Assembly (NCBI GenBank): GCA_965603825.1 | Contig: CBFDEM010000023.1 | Span: 124,001 to 188,000 of the forward strand | Origin: Blepharisma stoltei ATCC 30299 | Taxonomy: Eukaryota > Protista > Ciliophora | Reading direction: 5' to 3' | Length of the DNA: 64,000 nucleotides | Shown: positions 53,414 through 64,000 of the stretch, in pieces | Layout of the letters: every line of letters starts with the position of its first letter | Position numbering within the stretch: the first letter of the stretch is position 1 | Position numbers and translations under genes: made by a program | Notes under the pieces: generated by a model | The model's database searches: none | Told to the model about the DNA's origin: nothing | What the model saw: the letters and a program-made list of their open reading frames with translations, nothing else

Positions 53414-53456
53414 AGTAATATAAAAAAGTTTTATAAATGTCATTACCAATTAAATA

Positions 53457-54095
53457 TTAATTATGATACCCTTGCTTATTTAGAGACTTCTGTTTTGGAT
53501 CTCTTGCCTTATATTTACTATGCTTCTTTTTCTTCTCAACATGCTGCTCATCAACATTTTGATTATTTTGCTTTTTTGGCTTACTTTTCGATGTAATAGT
53601 AGTCCATTCTTCATTATTTTCTTTTTTCTCTTCAATTTCTGTGCCTGCTTCTTTAGCTTCTTCTATATGATTTTTTTCAGTTTGCTGAAAATTTTCAAAG
53701 CTAGGCGGAATTTCAAGGCCTTGCTGCTTAATATAGTTATAAGTCTCTTGAGTCACTTGGAGAGCTGGCCATTCAGGATCAGGAATATAGATTTCATTAG
53801 GATCAATAAGCGAATCCAATTTAGGCTCAGTTGGCTGAAAAATTCCTAAATTTTCTAAAGAAGGAGGAGGCTGAAATTCGGTTTCTTCTTGCTTATTGGA
53901 ATATCGGTCTGGACATATTAGCATATGCGAATCTAGCTCATTAGTTAAAACATGATGCGCGCTGTTATATTGGCAAAGAACATATACATTTGGGGTGGGT
54001 TTCTTTTCAAGAGTTTTTACTGTATATGGATTTATCTCTGAGCTTCCTCTAGGATCATAAGGTTTGGCATTTGCGCTTTCCTTAGAAGATCTCAT
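53457..54095 (-). CDS. CHHC (U11-48K-type) zinc-finger protein, GTSF1/Asterix-like, 212 aa
   Basis: CQYNSAHHVLTNELDSHMLICPD = C-x5-H-x9-H-x3-C, followed by a disordered tail. Confidence 0.75.
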   Translation of the reverse strand: MRSSKESANAKPYDPRGSSEINPYTVKTLEKKPTPNVYVLCQYNSAHHVLTNELDSHMLICPDRYSNKQEETEFQPPPSLENLGIFQPTEPKLDSLIDPNEIYIPDPEWPALQVTQETYNYIKQQGLEIPPSFENFQQTEKNHIEEAKEAGTEIEEKKENNEEWTTITSKSKPKKQNNQNVDEQHVEKKKKHSKYKARDPKQKSLNKQGYHN

Positions 54096-54252
54096 TTATT
54101 AGTGTCAATAATTTTTCATAATGGAAATATTTTTCTTTATGATCTCTATAAAATTAGCATTATATAATAATGCTTAAAATCAATTATCCTGTTCAAATTT
54201 TTTGTGTTAAAGATGAAACTACACATCTTGATAATAAATTATCACAAAGTAT

Positions 54253-56223
54253 ATGAAAATATTCATTAAATACAAAGGAAAGTCTATTATTGAATTAAAA
54301 TTCGAAGAAAATACCCCATATAGAGAAATCAAAACAATGATAGAAAACAAGCTTTTAGTTCCTGCATCTGAGCAAACTCTTACATATCTTTTGTCAGAAA
54401 TTGAATCAAAAATAGCTGATGACCAATTATTTAGCTCTGATTTTAAACATTATTGCTTTATTCTAAAAAGAAATGCTGATAGTCCAATAGCTGAAGATTT
54501 TTACCCTGAAATTTCTGGTTCTTATGAATTTTTCGAAGCTTGTAAAGAAGGCGACATAAATAAAGTTACAAATCTATTGGCTAATTCTCCAGAGTTGATA
54601 GCAGAATATAGTGCAGATGGACTTACAGGGCTTCATTATGCAGCGTGCAGCGGGAATATACAATTATTTACTTTGTTGTGCCAATTTGGTGCTGATATCA
54701 ACCAAATCTCAAAAGATGGGAAATGAAGCCCTTTGCATATGAGCTGTATTCAAGGACACTTAGGGATTACTGATTATTTATTAAGGCAAAAAAATATTCA
54801 AATTGATTTAGAAACTCCTATAAACGCTACCCCTTTGCATTGTGCCTGCTTAAGAGGAAGCTATGAAATAGTTGAATTATTGCTTCAATCTAAAGCGAAT
54901 TATTCAATAGAAAATCAGTTTGGAAAAACTCCTATTGAGATGGCTGCAAATAAAGAAATTAGAGAATTGATTTCAAAATACATGGGAACTGCTTTTGAAT
55001 TGCCTGGAATTTTTGAAGGAAAATTATGAATGTCTAAATTTATTGGAAAAAAACGAGTATGAGCAGTGCTTAAGCCAGAAGAGGGAGAATTTTTGCTGTA
55101 TAAAGATAATTGGGACCGCAACGAATTATTAGAAAGTTATAATTTAGATGATTTTCAGGAAATAAAAAGATGCAAGCCGAAATTTTTGTCTCATGATTTT
55201 AGTTTTAGAATGACGCTCAAAAATGGTACCAAAGAGAATTTTTATCTAAAAACTGAAGAATCAGCAAATGAATGAGTCAAAAGTATGTTTGCAGCTCTTC
55301 TCTATAGGCAGAATAAATCGCGAGCTCTAAAAACAAAACATTTTATCAGTTTAGAAGAATTCCCAGTCACCTCAGAAGTAAATTATTTTTCATTCGAAAT
55401 AGAAGAAACCATAGGAAAAAGCGAGTTTTCTACTGTATATTTAGTAAAGAAAAAAGACACAGGGGTTTTATATGCATTGAAATCTATATTAAAAGATGCA
55501 TTAAGCAAACAAAATTATACAAAATACGCTGTGAGTGAAGCAAATATATTGAAAAGCATCTCATTTCCTTATATAATAAAATTAGAATACTCATTTCAGT
55601 CAGAACGGTCTCTTTTTTTGGTTATGGAATATTGCTCAAATGGCTCTTTAAGCAATTTATTGAAAAAAATTCATTATATCTCTGAAAGAATAGCTAAAAT
55701 TTGGGCTGCTGAATTAGTGGTAGCTATAAAACATTTAAATAGAAATAACGTTGTATTTAGAGACTTGAAGCCAGAAAATATATTGTTTGATAGTAATTGG
55801 CGGATAAAAGTGTCAGATTTCGGCCTGGCTAAAGGAAATGTGCAAAATGAGGATACAACAAGCTCATTTTGTGGATCGCCTGCTTATTTTTCCCCTGAAA
55901 TGCTTAATAAAGAAGGTGTTGGAAAAAGCGTGGATATCTATGGAATTGGGTGTATTTTATACGAAATGTTAGTTGGGTATCCACCTTTTTACTCAGAGCT
56001 TATAGAAAATACATTGAAGAAAATAGATTATGGCAAACTTAAATTTCCAAAGTATGTAAGCAAACCAGGCAAAAATTTAATAAAAAAATTGCTAAATAGA
56101 AATCCTAATTTAAGGCCTACATATGAAGAAATTGAGTGCCACAATTTCTTTGAAGGTATAAACTGGGATCTTATTGAGCTCGGAACCTCAGCTATAGATT
56201 TTCAGGGGCTTAATTATACTTAA
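54253..56223 (+). CDS. Ubiquitin-like + ankyrin + PH + AGC-type kinase, 656 aa
   Basis: Four same-frame fragments joined by TGA. MKIFIK..VPASEQTL (UBL); GLTGLHYAA, GK[W]SPLH, TPLHCAC (ANK); KRV[W]AVL..SANE[W]V (PH); FRDLKPEN, FCGSPAY. Confidence 0.9.
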
Positions 56224-56253
56224 TTTACACAAATTCTATAATAAAAACTATAA

Positions 56254-57075
56254 ATGATTGAAATTGCGTCATTATTACAAAGAAATCTTCAGCTTCCCAC
56301 AGACTCTGAGGAAATATTTCTTTATCAGATTTTTGATGGACTACATAAAGTTGATATAACAGCTCTAACTTCAGCTTTTTTTCAAATATACATCCAGGAA
56401 AAATCTCCGCAATATGTTACGAGTTTATGCAAACTTAGAAATGGCAATTTATTTTGTGCTGGAGTTTATTGTAAAGAGCTTAATATAGCAGGAATTGCTT
56501 TTACTCTTGATGTAAATACTCTTCAAGTTACACCTCTGCCTTATGGTCCTAAAATATATGATCAGGGTCTTATAAATCATAATGAATTTGTGTATGCTTT
56601 CGGCGGAAAAGAGCAAAAAGGAGATAACTTTTTCATAAGCGGCTTGGCCTATAGATTTAATTTATCTTCTTCTAGATGGGAAAGAATCGCAAAAATGCCT
56701 CAGCCAAATTATCAAATTTCCTGCATTGAATATGAGAGATTTATAGTAGTAGCTGGTTATGAAGATGAAACCATATATCTTTATGATTATATCACAAACA
56801 GTTATGCGCCCTTATTCTTATTTACCAAACGCATACCTAAAACTTTATTTAAATATAATTCAGAGTTGTTTTTATTAGAAGGTGCAAAACTATGAAAGTC
56901 TGCTAATTTTGCTAGTTGGGAATTAGTGATGGAATATTCATATATTAATAAATATACTGTGACAACTAATGTGCTGATAAAAGAGAAAATTGCTTATTTT
57001 GCGATAAATTTTAAAAGTATTGCAATGCTGAATTTTGAAACTTTTGAATTAAATAAAACAATACTGGTAGGTTAG
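56254..57075 (+). CDS. Kelch/beta-propeller protein, 273 aa
   Basis: VYAFGG..YRFNLSSSRW..MP; extends through TGA 56893 to TAG 57075. Confidence 0.85.
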
Positions 57076-57117
57076 AAAAATATTTAATTAATTTTTACAA
57101 TTAAGTTGAAATTAACA

Positions 57118-58239
57118 TTAAATGCACTTTCCTTTCCTAGTTTGTACGATAGGGTCATCCTTACACTCTTTTGACACTATGCTCTTCCTCTTCTGCTTTT
57201 TTACATTTTCTCTCAACTCATCTCTCAGCTTCGCTATTTCTTTCATTTGCTCTTTTATTTGCAGTTTAATTTCCACCGCATTTTTGCATGTTTCTTTTTT
57301 CACCCCAAAAATTTCAACATTTTTTTCTAAAATTGCAATAATTTTATCATTTAAATTTTCCTCGTTTCTAAGCTCTACGGTTCTCTTATAAAGAATTTTT
57401 TTCTCTTTTTTGGCTTTTTCAGTGTTTTCCCTTAGCCCATTTATCATATTTGCTAGTTCTTCTTCAGTCAGCCCTTCTAGGTTATTGTGGATATCATTAT
57501 TCTGCTTAAATTCTTCTACCCTTTTTACTTCTCCCCTAACTTTTTCGTTTTCTTCTTTTTGCTCTTCTATCATTCCACAGAGCTCATCAGCCGTTTCCAA
57601 GCATTTCATACTTTTCATCTGTACATCGTCAGCTTCTTCTCTCAATTTATTCATCATAATGTCCTTTTCATTCGAACTTTCCAGCATTTCTTCAATTTTT
57701 TCATTTAATTCTGTATATTGTAAATCCAAGTTTATGTTAGCTTCTCTGAATTTTTCCAAAAAATTCACCATTTCTTGGTCTTTTCGATTTTTTTCTTCCA
57801 GCATTATTCTATATTGTTCTTTTGTAGCTCGCTTTATCTCAATTTCTGTTTTAGTTTTCGATACTTCTTCATTGTATTTTTCCCTCAGATCTTTTACTTC
57901 TTCTTTCAGCTCTACAAGTAAGCTGTCAAATTGGTCATTTACTTGAGCTTTTATATAGGTTTTGTTGCATTCGTCACATATCCCAGTCATTTCATTAGTC
58001 TCAGGGTGCGGGATTTGTTGGAGAAAGCAATTTTTGCAGTATCCTCGATGACAAAATGGACAAATATTTTTTGAATTGATGCCTAATATAAAAATTGAGC
58101 CACATTTGGCGCAAGATCGGTCCTTTTTATAGGTTTCTTGGCCTAATTCTGGGTCTAAAGTGGCGAAAACTGACATACTGACAGGCCGAGTTTCTTTTTG
58201 TGCAAAATCCTGGATTATTTCGCTTTGTCGTAAGTCCAT
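57118..58239 (-). CDS. FYVE-like zinc finger + coiled-coil protein, 373 aa
   Basis: CAKC..F..CPFC..YCKNC..ICDEC, then heptad repeats. Confidence 0.85.
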   Translation of the reverse strand: MDLRQSEIIQDFAQKETRPVSMSVFATLDPELGQETYKKDRSCAKCGSIFILGINSKNICPFCHRGYCKNCFLQQIPHPETNEMTGICDECNKTYIKAQVNDQFDSLLVELKEEVKDLREKYNEEVSKTKTEIEIKRATKEQYRIMLEEKNRKDQEMVNFLEKFREANINLDLQYTELNEKIEEMLESSNEKDIMMNKLREEADDVQMKSMKCLETADELCGMIEEQKEENEKVRGEVKRVEEFKQNNDIHNNLEGLTEEELANMINGLRENTEKAKKEKKILYKRTVELRNEENLNDKIIAILEKNVEIFGVKKETCKNAVEIKLQIKEQMKEIAKLRDELRENVKKQKRKSIVSKECKDDPIVQTRKGKCI

Positions 58240-58367
58240 ATTATTATTTCTAATCTTATCTTTCCATTTAAAATCCTAATAAAGTGCTTTTGAATGTAAT
58301 CAAAAATGAGTTTCTAGGTAATTAGAGCGTTTATTGCATAATGGAACTATAATAAATATAAAGGATA

Positions 58368-60125
58368 ATGGGACAAACTGGCTCACATCACCAAGTAAGA
58401 CTGCAGAGAAATACAAGGGAAACGAAAAAGCCAAGGATTCGCCGTGATACCAATGTAATGCTGAAGCCAAAGACGCTAAAAATTAGAATTAGCTCTGATA
58501 CTATTTCTATAAGACTGCCTGATGACTCGGTTACATTTGGATGACTTTTATCTGAAGTGATTCGCTTAAATACTTACCCTGGAATTATTATTGGGTTTAG
58601 AACTGCCACAAATTCTGACGTTTTGGACTATTTATTGACAAAATACGATAGATCTTTATCATGCTTAAAGGATGATGAAGAATTAATCGCGATTATTTTA
58701 GAACCTGTGACTGCTGACATTTCATGCCAACATTTTACTCCTCTAAAAGTGATCGGCAAAGGCGGATTTTCTACTGTTTTTCAAGTTAGAAAAAAAGACA
58801 CTGGACACTTATATGCGATAAAAACAATCAATAAAAAATTTCTTATAAATGAAGATAAAATTTTTCAAATTTTAAATGAAAAAGATATCATGGTGAAAGC
58901 TCAGCATCCATTTATCGTCAAACTGTACTGGGCTTTTCAAACAAGAGAAAATTTGCATTTAGTCATGGATTTATGCCCTGGTGGAGAATTATTTTTCCAT
59001 TTGCATAACTTAGGTAGGTTTACTGAAGAACAAGCAAGATTTTATTTCGGAGAAATCCTGCTGGGGTTAGAGTATTTGCATGAAAACGGAATTTTGTATA
59101 GAGATTTAAAGCCTGAAAATATTTTGCTAGATCATGATGGACATATAAGGATTACTGATTTTGGCTTGTCGAAACAAGGTATTTTGCCTAATGGGTCGAC
59201 GAATAGTTTTTGTGGTTCACCTGAGTACATGAGCCCAGAAGTTCTCAGAAGTCAAGGCCATGGCCGAGCTGTTGATTATTATAGTTTAGGTGCTTTACTA
59301 TTTGAAATGCTGACTGGACTGCCTCCATTTTATGACTCAAACAGGTCGAAAATGTACTTTAAAGTGCTTAACGAAATGCTGGTATTACCTAACTTCATAT
59401 CAAAAAGTGGGAAGTCACTATTGTCAGGATTATTGAATAAAGATCCTAACGAAAGACTTGGAAATTTAGGTGGCTTCTCAGAAATCAAAGCCCACCCTTG
59501 ATGCAAAAAAATAAAATTCGACCGTCTCCTCAAGCGACAAATTCTCCCACCTTTCCGACCCAACTTAAGACTCTCCAATTTTGATCCTGAATACACAACA
59601 ATGGGTATTGATCAAGATTTTTTAATAGAAAATATAAATGTCTATGATGAAAATTTTGCTGGATTTGACTATAACAGTGAGGACGAAATAAAAGACACAA
59701 TTTCTTTATTACCTAATAATAACTTGTCTTCAATGTCAACTATTACCTCGAAATCAGCTGGAGTAGTGTCAAGAAATGAAAGCCAATTAAGAGTTTTTGC
59801 TATAAATGAAGAGGAAGAAGAGGAAAAATCACAAATTTTGTCGAAAAATAGCGTTTCTAAAGCTTTTTCTGCAGAAAACAGTGTTGCTTCTTTTATAGTA
59901 AGAGACTCTAGATTTTCGCTTCAGGCGTTAAAGGAAAAAGTAGCTCCAAAAAAAGAAAAAGATTTTCCTTTGCCATTGTTTATACCAAGACAAGCAACAA
60001 TTCTTCAACAAGATGCTGAAATTTCAGATGAAGATATAAGCTTTACAGTTTCTGATGAAGATTTTGATGAAAATGTTATTAATGCAGTCCCAGGGTTTAA
60101 CTCGAAATTTTTGCAGGAAGACTAG
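58368..60125 (+). CDS. AGC-family Ser/Thr kinase (S6K/SGK/Akt-like), 585 aa, N-myristoylation motif
   Basis: ATG 58368 MGQTGS; GKGGFSTV, YRDLKPEN, FCGSPEYMSPE, KAHP[W], PPFRP..SNFDPEYT, FAGFDY. Confidence 0.93.
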
Positions 60126-60254
60126 CATGTACTATAAAGCTCAATAAAATACTAATAAGATTATTTTTATAAATTACTTATAGAGATATTTGTTTTTCTT
60201 AAGAAAACGTTAATTTGAACTAAAAATAATGAATTTCAAATAATTAGAAAAAAG

Positions 60255-60326
60255 TAGCGAAGAATGGTTTCGATCCATCGACCTCTGGGTTATGAGCCCA
60301 GCACGCTTCCACTGCGCCACTTCGCT
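60255..60326 (-). tRNA. Initiator tRNA-Met (CAT)
   Basis: 72-nt cloverleaf, A1:U72, three G:C pairs in the anticodon stem, T-loop ATCGAAA, followed by a T-run terminator. Confidence 0.97.
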
Positions 60327-60451
60327 GTGATGTATATATGCAAACAATTGTTGTATATAATTATATCTTAGTAAACTGATAAGATACTATTCTTCTCTGA
60401 TTAATAGCTTTACCAAAATTTTATTGAATTAAATGAAAGAATCAAAAAAAG

Positions 60452-60523
60452 TAGCGAAGAATGGTTTCGACCCATCGACCTCTGGGTTATGAGCCCAGCG
60501 CGCTTCCACTGCGCCACTTCGCT
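60452..60523 (-). tRNA. Initiator tRNA-Met (CAT), variant copy
   Basis: Identical to 60255-60326 except T25C and A54G; followed by a T7 terminator. Confidence 0.93.
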
Positions 60524-60711
60524 GTGATTTATATACTTTTTATTTGTATAAATAATTTTTCTCTGTAATTTCTTTTATTTTTCTTTCTTTCTTCTTATGC
60601 AAAGCATGCTATATTTTTGCATTATTTACCTGAAATGCCATAAGACGTTGCATATATTTTAAGCTAAAAGTAATTTTTAATAAATTTGTGTAAATTATCT
60701 CCAAAACTAGA

Positions 60712-62151
60712 CTATTCATCGTTTTCTTCAATTTTCCTCTTCTTTATCTGATTGCTAAGCATCATTTTATTTCCATCCAGATCTCTCTTGAACCTTGTAT
60801 CAGTTGGATCAATCCCGAACTTAGAATCTGTATATATTTTCTTAAATCTTTCATCATTTTCATTAAATTTGAATTCTTTTTCTTCTCCTTTGCTATCCAC
60901 CAGTAGCTCCAAACTTTGTGTCAATTTTTTATCTTTCCTTTCCTTCATTTTATCCTTCATCATTTGTTTCCTCATAGCTTTTCTCTCAGCTTTTTTATTT
61001 TTCTTTTCTTCTTTTTTCTCCCTCAAATGCTTTTCCCACGTAGTTTCGTCTTTCTTTTCTTTTGTCGCTTCTTGTGCAATACTATCAAAAACTGAATTAA
61101 ATTTTATTTCGAGCTCCATATTGTCTTTTTGAGCTGCTTTAAATTGTGAAATTTTGCCTTGGTGATTTCGCTTTTGCGGCATATCATAATCATCAGGTTC
61201 CTCTTCTTCAGAAGAGCTCATTGGAGCAATATAATTTTGCAAGTCGACTTCATCTAAATCTTCTACTGCAAAAGCTGATTGGAGTTTTTGTGTTCTTTCC
61301 TTAGGAGTTTCGTCCCAGGTTAGTTCTACTCTTGAGTGCTGCAAAGCTTTTGTATAAAAATGAAGAAGCTGATGGTTTTTTGGTACCTCATTAGCGATTT
61401 CTTTAGCTGGGTATTTGAAGTCTTGGACATCGTCTGGAATAAATCTTAAATCAATGAAATTTGAGGTTCTTTCTATTTCTAAACCATCACATTCTTCGTA
61501 AAGCCTTATTGCTGCTTCTATTGAGTTGCACTCGACTACAGCGAAATAATATTTTAGCTGATCTAGTTCATATTTTCTCAGCTTTGTGTCGTCTTCTTCA
61601 GGGTCAACTCCAGAAAAATCTCCAACTGGGCCTGCAACTGTTTCTTTTTTCATTCTTTCCATACCAAATTGTGAAGGGTATATGGTCACTTTTGCGACAT
61701 CACCTGGGCAAAAAGAACTAAAAAGTGCTAATAAATCGACAGCTTTGACGATCCTAAAATCACAATTTGTGACTGCAAGTCTGTTTGTTTCGCCTCCTTC
61801 AGGTATGTTTTCGACTTGCTCATAGAGGTCCTCGCCAAGATTGATTTCATCTTCTTCGCCACTAGAACTTGAGCTTTCTACATCCCATTTAAATTTCCCT
61901 TGTGCGTCAATACATTCAATGCCTGAGGTGTCATAAATTTCTGTTAAAGGGTTAGAAACATCTTTGACTTTTCGGCCTCTTTCATCAACTTTGCTTGGAA
62001 CTGGACCTTGGAAATCTTTTTTTGTGAACATTGAGGTGAATCTTTCGTCAAGCTTGACTTTTTGGTCTTCAGGCTTTTGGGTGCGGAATCGAGGATCGGT
62101 ATGAATTTTGGAAAATCGAGAGTCTTTGATATGGCTATCTTTTTTGCCCAT
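60712..62151 (-). CDS. ESF1: Pre-rRNA processing protein ESF1 (NUC153 domain), 479 aa
   Basis: DSRFSKIHTDPRF, TNRLAVTNCD, VTIYPSQFGMERM, LKYYFAVVEC, IDLRFIPD, VELTWDET, FGIDPT. Confidence 0.93.
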   Translation of the reverse strand: MGKKDSHIKDSRFSKIHTDPRFRTQKPEDQKVKLDERFTSMFTKKDFQGPVPSKVDERGRKVKDVSNPLTEIYDTSGIECIDAQGKFKWDVESSSSSGEEDEINLGEDLYEQVENIPEGGETNRLAVTNCDFRIVKAVDLLALFSSFCPGDVAKVTIYPSQFGMERMKKETVAGPVGDFSGVDPEEDDTKLRKYELDQLKYYFAVVECNSIEAAIRLYEECDGLEIERTSNFIDLRFIPDDVQDFKYPAKEIANEVPKNHQLLHFYTKALQHSRVELTWDETPKERTQKLQSAFAVEDLDEVDLQNYIAPMSSSEEEEPDDYDMPQKRNHQGKISQFKAAQKDNMELEIKFNSVFDSIAQEATKEKKDETTWEKHLREKKEEKKNKKAERKAMRKQMMKDKMKERKDKKLTQSLELLVDSKGEEKEFKFNENDERFKKIYTDSKFGIDPTDTRFKRDLDGNKMMLSNQIKKRKIEENDE

Positions 62152-63431
62152 TTTTATAATATAAATATGCTTTAGTTTAGGATAAATGCGATTTTAATCA
62201 AGATTGAATTTGTTAATATAGCTTCTATTTTCCTAATGCTAATTATCTTGATATCTCGAACATTCTACTGAATAAAAATTTAGGAAAAAATTGAGTTAAT
62301 GCAAAAGTATTGATTAAAAACCTTCATGATAGCCTATTCATATCTCTGAAACCATTTTAAGTAGCTTTACTGCAAATCTGTATCTCAAAATGTTATCGGA
62401 AATGCTTGGCATTTTAGCTATTATATAAAAAATTCTAATATTGCAGTTTTTCATATAATAACTCTAAGAAACGGCTATGATGCTCATTGTGACTCATTAT
62501 TGTGCCAAGGCTTGATTATTTATGCTATTAGCAGAGCTGGGAGAAGAGAACCGGCGCGAACTGACAATTAGCCAATGAAGAATGATAGAGTTAATATAAA
62601 GGCTCATTCAGAATATCACAAATAGCGTCTCTGCAATTCTAACTAATAATTAAGTTAGAGGCTTGAGGCAACGCAGCTTGATGAGATTTCTATTGTCTTT
62701 CTGATTTCTCATCTTGAAGAAAATACCTCATTGATATCAAAACTGATTATTCTCTAAATAAAATCATCTTATTCCCTAGTAAGGATATTTATATTATAGT
62801 TAGAATGATATATATTTCATAATAAATATTTACCCTTTTGATTAATAAAATTGTTCTATATCCAAAAATGGCTTCATTGCTATTTTATTATTTTGATTTA
62901 TTCTTTATAAATGATTTTTGATCACTTGCAAATTTTTATATGTTAGATTTCTCTAAGGTTTATTAATATAATTATAGACTATTGATTCTTATAAAATTGC
63001 TGCCTCAATAAAGTGTATTCTTCACTATTTAGCATTTTGATCCTATTTCCTGATGCATCTCAGGAGTTGAATAAATTGACTAAGTTGTTTAAATAACTCT
63101 AAAAATCTGCAATATATGCTAGATTTACTACTTAGAGAGTTGCTTCGATCGAAATAAGTTGGGATGACAAAATTTCTCTGAAACTGCCCAAAAATTAAAT
63201 TTCAATTTGCTTTTATTAAACCATAATTATCTTCCCTAAGCATTTGATATTCAAATTTTCTATAAAAATTTAACAATATGTGCGAAATGATTATTGATTT
63301 CCACACTTAAAAGGAAAAACAGTTACCTTAATAAAATTCAAGCTTAATTTAAATTTTAACCTAAAGCATTTTTACTCTGATTTTATTTCCCACAAATTAT
63401 ATCTACTTATATCTAAGGGAGAAGAATAAAT

Positions 63432-64000
63432 ATGGACGTCAACGTTGTTCAACCAGGCAACTCCAGAATTTCTCGTGAAAGAAGGAAGATCCAATACAAT
63501 TCGATAATGCTTTTGATATTATTTGTTATACCTATCCCACTAGCATTCATTATTGTAGATCCTGCTTACATTTTAGTGGGTTTATATTGGGCTATTTATT
63601 CCATTCCATATGTGCTAATAGGAATTTATGGGCTTGCAGTGTCAAAAACTGACAAAAGTTCTTTATTGAGTGCTTACTCTGTGCTTCTTGTCATCTTTAT
63701 AGGTTACTGCATATTCAATTTGGTGTTTGACATTCTTCTTTTTATTTCGTTCTTTTTCCTGATTGGCTTTGCAGGAGTTAGCATATTTTTCTGTATTATG
63801 GTGGTCTATTATATATATTCAATATTGTATGCAAGAAAATCTGTGTTCGATTCGAGAAGATTAAAGGAATCCTTAGATATTGGATTTCCAATTCAAGACC
63901 CAATAATTGTAGGAGATTATTCAATGCAGCAGCAATATGTACAAGCACAACCTAATTATGGACAAGGATATCAACAGCCTTATCCTGGGTATTGAAATCA
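63432..64000 (+). CDS. Small 4-TM protein with Q/Y/P tail (probably the same family as the 14-21 kb array); runs off the window
   Basis: RRKIQYNSIMLLILFVIPI and SIPYVLIGIYGLAVS parallel the family motifs. The final TGA at 63993 should be Trp, so the stop is not seen. Confidence 0.8.

Overview
AT-rich, gene-dense eukaryotic DNA, most likely the somatic (macronuclear) genome of a Blepharisma-like heterotrich ciliate. TGA falls repeatedly on conserved Trp positions, genes end only in TAA/TAG, and the four detectable introns are all 15 nt (GTAA.....A..TAG). The supplied ORF track is therefore fragmented; reading TGA as Trp joins it into about 30 long genes. 1-14 kb holds a tandem array of three giant surface-protein genes (LNR/Notch repeats, beta-helix, Cys-rich, multi-TM), the third lacking its 5' ~60%. 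10.8-21.2 kb is an unstable array of small multi-TM, Q/Y/P-tailed paralogs. It contains a local duplication, relic copies, a TA-bounded 71-bp IES-like insert whose removal restores a reading frame, and a doubly truncated LINE-type RT fragment that replaces ~69 bp of a host gene. A second copy appears to have lost the same segment at a TA junction. The rest is compact housekeeping/signalling DNA: RPS8, a double Venus-flytrap receptor, PKA-like, CDPK and AGC kinases, CEP78-like, calcyphosin-like, RIB43A, ROMO1/Mgr2, a Rab, a GTSF1-like CHHC finger, two initiator tRNA-Met genes and ESF1. All calls come from manual reading; no database searches were run.
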